Below are positions 18,562-27,276 of a stretch of DNA of 64,000 nucleotides, in pieces. The notes beneath the pieces were generated by a model. It searched no databases. It was not told the origin of the DNA and saw nothing but the letters and a program-made list of their open reading frames with translations. Source of the DNA: Myxococcota bacterium. GTDB lineage: Bacteria; Myxococcota_A; Polyangia; Polyangiales; Sandaracinaceae. The stretch covers positions 87,929 to 151,928 of the forward strand of contig JAYZQJ010000014.1 of NCBI GenBank assembly GCA_036149055.1, read 5' to 3'. Numbering within the stretch: position 1 is the first letter of the stretch; each line of letters starts with the position of its first letter. The position numbers and the translations under genes are program-made.

Positions 18562-19895
18562 CGCCTCCGCGCGTCATGTCCGGCGGGGGCTCCAAAACGG
18601 CTCACCGGCGCGATAATTCCCTCGTACCGCGGCGCGGTGAACTGCCCGCTCATTCGGCGCGCCGAGTGGAAGCGGAGCACGTAGCCCCTCCCGTCCTCGA
18701 GCTGGACCGCCAGGCGCACCGGGCCGCCCAGCCCGAAGCTGGCCGCGATGGGCTCGTCCGTACGTGCCACGCGCCGATAGTGATGCTCGCCGCGAGGCCC
18801 CGTGTCGCCCGTGTGCACGAGCGAGACGTCGAACTCGCAATCGCTGCGGTGGGTCAGCGTCGCGGTGTACTGGCCCCGTGTTCCCACCGGGATCGCCCCG
18901 CTGGACCGCTCGACGACCGTCTCGAAGCCCCACTCGCCCGAGATCGGCGCGCAGCGGTGGTTGGCGTAGGCGGCGCGGGCGTGCGGCCAGGCGAAGATGC
19001 CGAGCGCCACCAACGCGACCGCGACGCATCCGAGCCCGGCGCCGCGCGGCTGCGTCGCTCGCAACGCCGAAAGAAGCGCATTCATGTCGCGGTACCGACG
19101 CTTCGCCTTCGGGTGACTCGCCCGACGCAATACCGCCCAGAGCCTCTCCTCGACGCCAGGTGGAGGGTCCCTTGGCGGCGGCGCCGCCGCCCCGGTGAGC
19201 GCCTCGATCAAGGCAATGGCGAACGCGAACTGGTCGCTCTTCGCCGTGGCCCTGCCCTCACGCGCCTCCGGCGCCAAATACGCGTCGGTCCCGGCGACCT
19301 CGGCGACTGGCGCGGCCGCGCTCGACCTCGAAGACAGCGCCGGGATCGCGAAACCGAAATCGATCACCTGCGGGACGCCGTCCTCCCCGATGAGGACATT
19401 GTCGGGCTTGAAGTCCCGATGGACGATCTTGCACGCGTGCGCGGCCGCGAGCCCCGCGCCTGCCTGCAAGAACATCTCGACGATGTCCGCTGGCGTACGT
19501 CGTCGCTCGCGAACCCAGGCCCGCAGTGTCCCTCCCCCCACGCGCTGCATCGCGAGCACGCGCAATCGGAAGGCGACGCCGTCGAGCCGCACGTGGACGT
19601 CGTCCACATCGAACACACGCACGATGTTGGGGTGCTCGAGCCGAGCGAGTGCGCGAGCCTCGCTGAGCGCGCCCCCACCTGACGCATCGGTGTATGACAG
19701 CTTCAGCGCCACCGCTCGGTCCAGCCGTTCGTCTCGCGCGGCGACCACCAAGCCCGAGGCGCCGCGACCCAGGAACGACTCGACCCGATACCGGCCGATG
19801 GACGGAGAGGGCCGGCCGGGTACGAGCCCGGCTCGGAGCAACTCGGCTCCGAGCGCGGTCTCGAGCTTCGACAGGTCTCCCATCACAGTACTCAT
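18558..19895 (-). CDS. Membrane Ser/Thr protein kinase (Hanks type)
   Basis: LGRGA.G.V, VALK, HPNIV, HRDFKPDN, DFG and YLAPE motifs; TM helix and C-terminal extracytoplasmic domain; 4-bp overlap with the ECF gene. Confidence 0.92.
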   Translation of the reverse strand: MSTVMGDLSKLETALGAELLRAGLVPGRPSPSIGRYRVESFLGRGASGLVVAARDERLDRAVALKLSYTDASGGGALSEARALARLEHPNIVRVFDVDDVHVRLDGVAFRLRVLAMQRVGGGTLRAWVRERRRTPADIVEMFLQAGAGLAAAHACKIVHRDFKPDNVLIGEDGVPQVIDFGFAIPALSSRSSAAAPVAEVAGTDAYLAPEAREGRATAKSDQFAFAIALIEALTGAAAPPPRDPPPGVEERLWAVLRRASHPKAKRRYRDMNALLSALRATQPRGAGLGCVAVALVALGIFAWPHARAAYANHRCAPISGEWGFETVVERSSGAIPVGTRGQYTATLTHRSDCEFDVSLVHTGDTGPRGEHHYRRVARTDEPIAASFGLGGPVRLAVQLEDGRGYVLRFHSARRMSGQFTAPRYEGIIAPVSRFGAPAGHDARRR

Positions 19896-19996
19896 GAAGA
19901 GCTGACGGACGAGTATGCCACGTTCGGCCCCCGTACCGCGCCCCGCCTCGCCGCCCGCTGACGCGGGCCCCGGCGGCGTGCTACTCGGGGCGGGTC

Positions 19997-22471
19997 GTGC
20001 GGTTCGGACACGCGCTGTGCCTGGTGGTCCTGACGGCGTGTGGGTCGCCGCCGCCGTCTCCGCCTCACGTGGACGCCGCGACTTCTCCCGAGGCGCGCCC
20101 CGAGGCGGCCGCGGAGCCGCACGCGTGGTCGGGGGTCGGGTGCACGCGGAGCGGGTGTCACCTCGGGATCGAGCCGATCCGCGAGCCGCAGACCGAGATG
20201 ATGCAGCAGATCTTCGCTCGCGGCGCCGAGGTCGGGGACGACGACGGCTGCGTGGTCTGCCACGGCGGGACGCCCGGCGCGGAGACCGCCGACGAGGCGC
20301 ACGCCGGCACGCCGGAGGCGCTGGCCGCGGACGGGGGCCCGGACGACTTCTTCGCCGACCCCGCCTCCCCCTGGGTCAACGGCCGGAGCTGCGGCCCGTG
20401 CCACGCCGAGCACGTGCGCGCGCAGTGGACGAGCCTGATGATGACCGAGGCCGGCAAGATCCAGGGCACGGCCTGGGGCTTCGGCGGGCTCGAGGGCTAC
20501 GACCACACGTGGGGCAACTACGATCGCGAGGTCGACCCGCACTTGTCGCTCGGCACCGAGGCCTATCGCGCCTACATGCAGGTCAAGCGCGAGGCGCACC
20601 CGAACGTCTTCCCCGACGCGCAGACGCGCCTCCCCGAGGCCCCCACCGCCGAGGAGGCCGCGGCCCACCCCGAGCGCGCCGCCTTCACCTACCTGCGCGC
20701 CGAGTGCCAGCGCTGTCACCTCGGCGTGCGCGGTCGATTCCGGCGCGGCGACTTCCGCGGCATGGGCTGCGGCGCCTGCCACGTGCCCTACGGCAACGAG
20801 GGCCTCTACGAAGGCGGCGACGAGACCATCGACGGCGCCGAGGAGGGTCACCCGCTCGTGCACAGCCTGCAGGCCACCCGCGACGCGGTCGTGACCGTGC
20901 ACGGCGAGCGCTACACCGGCATCCCGGTCGAGACCTGCACCACCTGCCACAACCGCGGCAAGCGCATCGGCGTGAGCTACCAGGGCCTGATGGAGAGCGC
21001 CTGGGGATCCCCCTACACCGAGGGTGGCGGCGGGCAGCTCGACCTGCACAGCAAGCACTACATCGCGATGGAGGCGGACATCCACTTCCAGCGCGGCATG
21101 CTCTGCCAGGACTGCCACACGAGCCTCGACGTGCACGGCGACGGGCACCTCGCGGGCACGAACCTCGCGGCGGTCGAGATCGAGTGCAGCGACTGCCACG
21201 GCACGCCCGACGCCTACCCGTGGGAGCTGCCCCTCGGCTGGGGCGACGAGAACGAGCGCGGCGAGGCGGAGGGCCCGGCGCGCGGCGTCGCCACCGACAT
21301 CCCCGAGATGTGGCGGCGGGGCGACGTGGGCCCGGCGCAGGACGGCTTCCTGTTGAGCGCGCGCGGCAACCCGATGCCCGACGTCGTGCGCGACGGCCGC
21401 GAGGTGATCGTGCGCACCGCGGGCGGTCGCGACCTCCGACTCCGTCCGCTCCGCGCCATCGCCGACGCGGACGCGCTCGAGGCCGACGCCCGCGTCGCGA
21501 TGGTGCACGTCGACCAGCACGTGCGCACGATGGAGTGCTACGCGTGCCACACGCAGTGGGCGCCGCAGTGCTACGGGTGCCACATCGAGATCGACTACTC
21601 GGGCGGCAACCGGTCCTTCGACTGGGTGGCCGCCGGGAACCGACATCTCGAGGCGGACCTCCGGACCGCGCCCGACGAGCGGGACTTCGGCACCTTCCTC
21701 GCGGGCGAGGTCACCGAGATGCGCTCCTTCATGCGCTGGGAGGACCCTCCCCTCGGCCTCAACGGCGAGGGCCGCGTCACCCCGCTCATCCCCGGCTGCC
21801 AGACCACGGTCACGGTGATCGGCCCGGACGGCGAGGACGTGATCCGCAACCACATCTTCCGCAGCCCCGCCCACACCGAGGGCGCCGGCGAGGAGGGCCA
21901 GCTCGGCATCGACATGAGCCCGGTGCACCCGCACACCGTCGGCCCGGCGCGCCCCTGCGAGAGCTGCCACGCCTCCGATCGCGCCGCGGGCTACGGCATC
22001 GGCGGCACGCGCCCCTGGGAGGACGGCGCGGTCGTCGACCTCACCACCGCCGACGGCCGGGTGCTCCCCCGATCGGCGCGGCGGCAGATCGAGCCGATCG
22101 CGGGCCTGCGCGACTGGAGCGCGGTGGTCACCCGGGACGGCGAGCAGCTCCAGACGGTCGGCCATCACTGGCGAGGCTCGGGCCCGCTCGACGCGCGGCA
22201 GCGCGCCATCCTCGACCGCCGCGGCGTCTGCGTCGGCTGCCACCAGGAGATCCCCGAGGCGAGCCTCGCGGTCAGCGCCCTGCATCACGTCGCCGAGATG
22301 ACCGGCCGGCTCCCCGAGACCGCGAGCGCGCACAACGCGTTGATCAACGAGGTGACGCTCACCGCCGCCTGGGCTCAGGTCCTCGCCGCCTTCGGCGCCG
22401 GCGCGCTGCTCGCCTCGGCCCTCCTCTGGTGGCGCCGCCGCCGGCATATGGCACGTAACGCTGACAGCTGA
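19997..22471 (+). CDS. Multiheme c-type cytochrome (11 CxxCH plus one CX4CH), lipoprotein signal and C-terminal TM
   Basis: CVVCH, CGPCH, CQRCH, CGACH, CTTCH, CQDCH, CSDCH, CYACH, CYGCH, CESCH, CVGCH; CTRSGCH; lipobox VLTAC. Confidence 0.92.
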   Translation: MRFGHALCLVVLTACGSPPPSPPHVDAATSPEARPEAAAEPHAWSGVGCTRSGCHLGIEPIREPQTEMMQQIFARGAEVGDDDGCVVCHGGTPGAETADEAHAGTPEALAADGGPDDFFADPASPWVNGRSCGPCHAEHVRAQWTSLMMTEAGKIQGTAWGFGGLEGYDHTWGNYDREVDPHLSLGTEAYRAYMQVKREAHPNVFPDAQTRLPEAPTAEEAAAHPERAAFTYLRAECQRCHLGVRGRFRRGDFRGMGCGACHVPYGNEGLYEGGDETIDGAEEGHPLVHSLQATRDAVVTVHGERYTGIPVETCTTCHNRGKRIGVSYQGLMESAWGSPYTEGGGGQLDLHSKHYIAMEADIHFQRGMLCQDCHTSLDVHGDGHLAGTNLAAVEIECSDCHGTPDAYPWELPLGWGDENERGEAEGPARGVATDIPEMWRRGDVGPAQDGFLLSARGNPMPDVVRDGREVIVRTAGGRDLRLRPLRAIADADALEADARVAMVHVDQHVRTMECYACHTQWAPQCYGCHIEIDYSGGNRSFDWVAAGNRHLEADLRTAPDERDFGTFLAGEVTEMRSFMRWEDPPLGLNGEGRVTPLIPGCQTTVTVIGPDGEDVIRNHIFRSPAHTEGAGEEGQLGIDMSPVHPHTVGPARPCESCHASDRAAGYGIGGTRPWEDGAVVDLTTADGRVLPRSARRQIEPIAGLRDWSAVVTRDGEQLQTVGHHWRGSGPLDARQRAILDRRGVCVGCHQEIPEASLAVSALHHVAEMTGRLPETASAHNALINEVTLTAAWAQVLAAFGAGALLASALLWWRRRRHMARNADS

Positions 22472-22493
22472 TCTTCTGACGGAGGCGCTGCCG

Positions 22494-23174
22494 ATGCACG
22501 ACGACCACCGGGTGCTCTCACTCGCGCTCACCGCGGTCCTCGCGGTGGGCCTCCTACCTCGGCCGGCCAGCGCCGACGTCCTGCCGCCCGCGCCGGACGG
22601 CTGCCCGCCCGGCAGCGAGCCGGTCGCCTTCAAGGGCGGAGCCTTCTGCGAGCCTGCGCTCCCGGACGACTGCCCGGAGGGATACGAGCCCCGCGTGGTG
22701 CGCGACGTCGCCTACTGCGAGCCGCCGCCGGCCTCCCCGTGCCCGACGGGATCGCAGGCCCACAGCACCGGCCCCGACCGCCCGATCTGCGTGCTCCTCA
22801 CCCCGTGCGACGAAGACCCCGCCGTGTGCGGCTCCTTCCAGTGTCGGCCGGCGAGCCTCTGCGTCGCCGACGGCCTGGTGCCGGGCCCGTTCGACGCGGA
22901 GCCCGTCCGCGATGGACGCGCGCATGGGCCGTGCGAGACGGACGCCGACTGCGCGTCCGGCCAGCGCTGCGACACGACCCCACGCTGCGACCCGCCCACC
23001 CACCGCGCGGCGCCCGGCGGCCGAGCGCTGCCGACCCTCATCCGAGCCCGGGCGGAGCCGAGCTGGCTCTGGGCGTGGCTCCCCTGGCTGGCCGCTGGCC
23101 TCGCGCTGATGGGCGTCGCCGGCGCGATCGGCGTGGCGCGCGTCCGACGTCGACGCGGCGAATCCGCGGCCTGA
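22494..23174 (+). CDS. Secreted Cys-rich protein with C-terminal membrane anchor
   Basis: Signal peptide (ASA-D), CP.G repeats, TM followed by RRRR. Confidence 0.7.
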   Translation: MHDDHRVLSLALTAVLAVGLLPRPASADVLPPAPDGCPPGSEPVAFKGGAFCEPALPDDCPEGYEPRVVRDVAYCEPPPASPCPTGSQAHSTGPDRPICVLLTPCDEDPAVCGSFQCRPASLCVADGLVPGPFDAEPVRDGRAHGPCETDADCASGQRCDTTPRCDPPTHRAAPGGRALPTLIRARAEPSWLWAWLPWLAAGLALMGVAGAIGVARVRRRRGESAA

Positions 23175-23201
23175 GCGAGCGAAGCACACCCAACAAACGC
23201 C

Positions 23202-23229
23202 TTGCGTGAACACCCGTTCATGCTATGCG
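23202..23229 (+). promoter_or_regulatory. Promoter containing a LexA/SOS-box-like palindrome TGAAC-N4-GTTCA
   Basis: TTGCGT (23202-07), TGAACACCCGTTCA (23207-20), TGcTATGCG (23221-29), ATG 6 nt later. Confidence 0.6.
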
Positions 23230-23235
23230 AGTTGC

Positions 23236-24585
23236 ATGGGGGCATTCATCGATCACGGTCCGTCGGCCGACACCTCGCGGCACGAGGCGGACGACACCTT
23301 GCGGAGGCTCGGGCGCCTGCGGGCGGCGAGCGACTTCGAGCTCTGTCAGTGGTTCCTCTGCGGCTTCCGGCTGCGGGTCCACGACCTCTACGGCTTCGCC
23401 AGCTTCCGGGAGTACGCCGAGCGCTGGTTCGGCTGCCCGGGCCGCGCGACCGAGGAGCGGGTGCGGGTCGCGGAGCGGCTCGAGGACCTGCCGAAGCTCA
23501 GCGCCGCCTTCGCGGCGGGCGAGCTGGTCTTCTCCGCGGTGCGCGAGCTGACGCGGGTGGCCGACCCGGAGACCGAGGCCGAGTGGCTCGAGGTCGCGGA
23601 CGGCAAGACCGCGTCGCAGATCGAGCGCATGACCTCGGGCAGGCGCCCCGGGGACCGGCCGAGCGAGCCGGCGCGGCCGGAGCTGCAGCGCAAGCGGGTG
23701 ACGCTGAACCTCTCGCCCTCGGCCTACGCGCTGCTGCGGCAGGCGCGCGACGTACTACGCAAGGAGAGCGGCGGCGCCCACCTCGACGACGACGCGTTCG
23801 TGGAGCTGCTCGCGTCGGGGGCGCTCTCCGGCGGGGGCGAGGCCGACGCGTCGCGGAGTCGGCACCAGATCGCGCTGACGGTGTGCGAGTGCTGCAAGGC
23901 CGCCACCCAGGACGCCAACGGGGAGCAGGTGCCGGTCGGCCCCGAGGTGGTCGCGCGGGCCGAGTGCGACGCGCAGATCATCGGCCGCGTCGACGGGGCG
24001 GGCGACTACGAGCGCGCGAGCCAGGTGATCCCGCCGGCGGTGCGCCGCGCGGTCGTGCGCCGCCACCACGGGGTCTGCGCGGTGCCCGGCTGCCGGCACA
24101 CGAGCTGCGACGTGCACCACTGCGACCCGAAGTCGGAGGGCGGCGACCACGATCCCGAGCGGCTGATCTTCCTCTGCGGGACGCACCACGGGCTCGTCCA
24201 CGACGGCAAGCTGGTGGTCCGCGGCACCTGGTCCGAGGGCTTCGGCTTCGAGCACGCGGATGGGACCGCGTACGGCTCGCCGAAGGTGGAGCCGAAGAAG
24301 GTCCGCGTGCTGGCCGAGGTGTTCCAGATGCTCCGGGCGCTGAGCTTCCGGGAGAAGGAGGCCCGCCGGCTGGTGGACCAGGCGCGCCCTCACGTGGGGG
24401 CCGAGACGACGGCCGAGCAGGCGCTGCGGATCGCGCTCCGGTCGGTCCCGCTCGCCGGCGGGGTGAGGGAGCCGACAGCCCGATACGGCGAGGGGTGGAG
24501 CCAGAGAACAGCCCCCACGTGGGGGTTCGTCCGGGTCGGTGAGGGCGCGGCGCGCACGGGAGCGACGGCGTACGCGGTGGGCTGA
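23236..24585 (+). CDS. DUF222-like / HNH endonuclease-like protein with RuvA C-terminal-like helical domain
   Basis: N-terminal G..SF.EY...R..E.LE.LP....F..GEL..S..REL; CAVPGC....DVHH....EGG.H....LC..HH...H; C-terminal L..L.F...EA......E..LR.AL. Confidence 0.82.
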   Translation: MGAFIDHGPSADTSRHEADDTLRRLGRLRAASDFELCQWFLCGFRLRVHDLYGFASFREYAERWFGCPGRATEERVRVAERLEDLPKLSAAFAAGELVFSAVRELTRVADPETEAEWLEVADGKTASQIERMTSGRRPGDRPSEPARPELQRKRVTLNLSPSAYALLRQARDVLRKESGGAHLDDDAFVELLASGALSGGGEADASRSRHQIALTVCECCKAATQDANGEQVPVGPEVVARAECDAQIIGRVDGAGDYERASQVIPPAVRRAVVRRHHGVCAVPGCRHTSCDVHHCDPKSEGGDHDPERLIFLCGTHHGLVHDGKLVVRGTWSEGFGFEHADGTAYGSPKVEPKKVRVLAEVFQMLRALSFREKEARRLVDQARPHVGAETTAEQALRIALRSVPLAGGVREPTARYGEGWSQRTAPTWGFVRVGEGAARTGATAYAVG

Positions 24586-24608
24586 GAGCCGCGACTGCCC
24601 TCAGATGG

Positions 24609-24775
24609 TGTCCCGGTGCCTCCCGGGCGGTCCGGGACTACCGCTTCGGTCTTCCCGTAGGCTCCCAAGTGATCCCGAACGACCCGCGGGGCCTTCCCGT
24701 AGGCTCCGATGTGGTCCCAACTACCGACGAAGCCTTCGCGAAGGCTCGCAGGTGATTCCGCGAGGCCGAGCGCGT
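24609..24775 (+). repeat. Degenerate 41-42-bp tandem array, about 4 units
   Basis: Units start at 24609, 24651, 24693 and 24734; units 2 and 3 share CTTCCCGTAGGCTCC exactly. Confidence 0.7.
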
Positions 24776-24990
24776 GGCCGAGCGCCGCGGCGCCAAGCCC
24801 CGTGACCCGGCCGAGCCGAGCGAGCGGGGCGCCTCGTCTCGCATTCGGAGACTCCGACCTGCCCCTTCCTCACCAGCGCTCCGTCGCCCACGGCGCCAGC
24901 GGGCCCGTCACTTCGACCTGCATTCGAGAAGGGAACCTGTCAGCGCCTGCGTCGACCGTGGCTCTCGTCGTTCGAGCTTTCTCATGGACA

Positions 24991-26106
24991 TCAGAGCGCG
25001 CGAAACGTCCCGCCTTCGTACGAGATGACGTCGACGGCTCCGCAGCCGCCCCGCTCACCCTCTGAGATCAAGGCCACCACGAAGCCCTCTCCATGAGGCT
25101 GCAGCGCGGCCACATGGAGGTCGGGGCGCACCGAGCTCCAGTCGGCGAGCGCTTCCGCGCGGCCGGCGCGGAGCTCGCCCAGCGAGTGCTCGAGCGCATA
25201 GAAAACTCGACCACCTTCCGTGGCTGCGACCGAGACGACTGACCCCGCTCCGACGCGGACGCTCTGCCACCCTCCCCATCCATCGTGGGTGGCGACTCTG
25301 CCGTCGGCACTCCCGAGAACCAGAGAGTCTCGACCCGACATCCACATGGCCGAGATTGGCGGAGAGACCGGGACGTCCGAGCGCGGCGCGAGGAGGCCCA
25401 CGCCACCCGCGCTCGCCAGCACCGCAGCGTCGGTCACTACGTACTGCAGCGTTCGGTCTCCCCACAGCCCGAGCACGACGCGGGGGGCTGGGCCCTCGAC
25501 CGAGAAGCGGTAGAGCCGGCCCTCGTCGTCGGTCACGGCGCCGCCGCGCTCGTCCATGAGAATGCCCTCCATCGCGAAGGGCGACCGGCCGTCCCCGACA
25601 GCGAGCAGCCACAGCTCCCCGCGCCCGGACTGCATGACCGCCGCGCCTCGCCGACGGGTCCTCGGCGGCCAGGTGCCCAAGCAAACCGTGTTGCCGGCCT
25701 CCTCGACCCTCGTGACACCGCACTCGGTGGGCCAGAGCAGGTGGCCACCCTCCACCTGACGGACGCTTCGCACGTCGGGGCCGATGTCCCCGGACGTGAG
25801 GCGCGTTTCCCAGCGACCGCCTCGACGAACGGCGAGCTCCGTCGTCGTACGCCCTTCGCGCTCCGCCCGGGTCAGCACCGCAACCTGGTCGCCGTCCGAG
25901 CTGAGACCGACCGCCTGGGCGATGCCGGGCAGGCCGCAGTAGGCTCCTCCACGGTCGACACCGGGAAGCGGGGACTCCCACGCGCTCGCCGCGTCGAGCA
26001 GGGAGGCGTCGACGGATCCGTGGCTGCTCGAGCACGCCGCCAGCAGAGACAGCAGCACTGGGAAGCCGCGAGCTCGCCGCTCAGAACCGGCGGAAGCGTG
26101 TGCCAT
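24991..26106 (-). CDS. Lipoprotein, beta-rich; paralog of 26081..27271
   Basis: Lipobox LAAC; C-terminus CGAVDVISYEGGTFRAL. Confidence 0.65.
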   Translation of the reverse strand: MAHASAGSERRARGFPVLLSLLAACSSSHGSVDASLLDAASAWESPLPGVDRGGAYCGLPGIAQAVGLSSDGDQVAVLTRAEREGRTTTELAVRRGGRWETRLTSGDIGPDVRSVRQVEGGHLLWPTECGVTRVEEAGNTVCLGTWPPRTRRRGAAVMQSGRGELWLLAVGDGRSPFAMEGILMDERGGAVTDDEGRLYRFSVEGPAPRVVLGLWGDRTLQYVVTDAAVLASAGGVGLLAPRSDVPVSPPISAMWMSGRDSLVLGSADGRVATHDGWGGWQSVRVGAGSVVSVAATEGGRVFYALEHSLGELRAGRAEALADWSSVRPDLHVAALQPHGEGFVVALISEGERGGCGAVDVISYEGGTFRAL

Positions 26107-27271
26107 CGAACCAGATCACCATGGCGGGACCGCACTCGTACTCGGTGAAGCGGACGTCGAGGAGCGCCAGGTAGACCTCGCCGGTCTCCCGGTCACCCGC
26201 GATGTCCTCGAACCGATGATCTCGACGCTCACCACCGACGGTGGCGATGACCTCGATCCGACCATCCGCGTGCACCCGGCCGAGCTCGTACACCCGGATG
26301 TAGTAGAGCGCATCGCCGTCGTGCCATAGCCGGATCGGCGCGCCCTCCGGGAACTCGGCCGTGACCTCTGCCACGCCCTCGACGTACCGGGTGATCCCAT
26401 CGGAGGACGCAACCCAAACAGCGCCTCCTGGCTCGGTGGCCATCCCGAGGTAGGTCTGGCCACCGGCCGAGAGCACCCGCGAGAACGATCCATCGACCTG
26501 GCCTTCGTAGAGGCTGTGGGTGGTCAACGCGTAGACGCGGTCGCCTTCGCGCACGACCTCGATCGGCTGCTCCGGCACCTCGAGCGCCTGGACGACTCGC
26601 GTGGACCCGTCAGCCTCCAGCCGCCGCAGCTCCTCTCCCAGCAGGAGCCAACCCGTCACCCCATCCTCGGCGATGGCCGCCGAGTGCACACGCTCCTGGT
26701 CGAAGAGGCAGCGCGGGGTGGACGCGCCGTCGAGATCCAGCAACGGACACGCCGTGGAGTCCACCGCCCAGAGCGCGTCGCCCACGGGCGCCGCCAGCCC
26801 GCGCGGGGGCTCGCTCCCCGGCTCCCGGGGCGAAGCGAACCACGTCACCCAGCCGGTCCCGTCGTTGTGGAGCACGCTGGCCCCGTCACGGAAGGGCGAG
26901 AATCCTCCGAAGGTGTCGTTGTGGACCGAGAGCAGCAGGAACACCCCGGCCTCGCCGGCGACGAGCCGCACGGGGGCGTCGGCGCTCGGGATCCCGGCGT
27001 AGGCGGAGCAAGCCGGCGCCGTGCTCTCCCTCCAGCCCACCCCGTCCTCCAGCTCGATCCCGTCGGGTATCCAGGTCGGGGCGGGGGGCGGGTCCGGATA
27101 GACGCGGGGCCCCGAGTCCAGCAGCTCGGCGTCCACCGGTGCCCGCCTCCCGGAATCGAGGTCCGCGTCAGCGCCCCCGCCGTCCACGACGCTGTCGGCC
27201 CCACAACCCATCGCACCGATGATGGCTGCCGAGAAGAGCGCCACCCCGGAGAGTCGCTGCGTACCTGCCAT
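26081..27271 (-). CDS. Lipoprotein, beta-rich (possible propeller)
   Basis: 3' part of ORF 26081..29008 from ATG 27271; lipobox AMGC; C-terminus CGPAMVIWFDGTRFRRF. Confidence 0.7.
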   Translation of the reverse strand: MAGTQRLSGVALFSAAIIGAMGCGADSVVDGGGADADLDSGRRAPVDAELLDSGPRVYPDPPPAPTWIPDGIELEDGVGWRESTAPACSAYAGIPSADAPVRLVAGEAGVFLLLSVHNDTFGGFSPFRDGASVLHNDGTGWVTWFASPREPGSEPPRGLAAPVGDALWAVDSTACPLLDLDGASTPRCLFDQERVHSAAIAEDGVTGWLLLGEELRRLEADGSTRVVQALEVPEQPIEVVREGDRVYALTTHSLYEGQVDGSFSRVLSAGGQTYLGMATEPGGAVWVASSDGITRYVEGVAEVTAEFPEGAPIRLWHDGDALYYIRVYELGRVHADGRIEVIATVGGERRDHRFEDIAGDRETGEVYLALLDVRFTEYECGPAMVIWFDGTRFRRF

Positions 27272-27276
27272 CACGC

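Noticed and set aside
16670..19920. Integrative element with att sites or terminal repeats around the kinase-ECF cassette
   Set aside because: No integrase or transposase, and only a trivial 6-bp match (GAAGAG) at the borders
24609..24775. CRISPR array
   Set aside because: Units are degenerate along their whole length, too short for repeat plus spacer, and no cas genes are present
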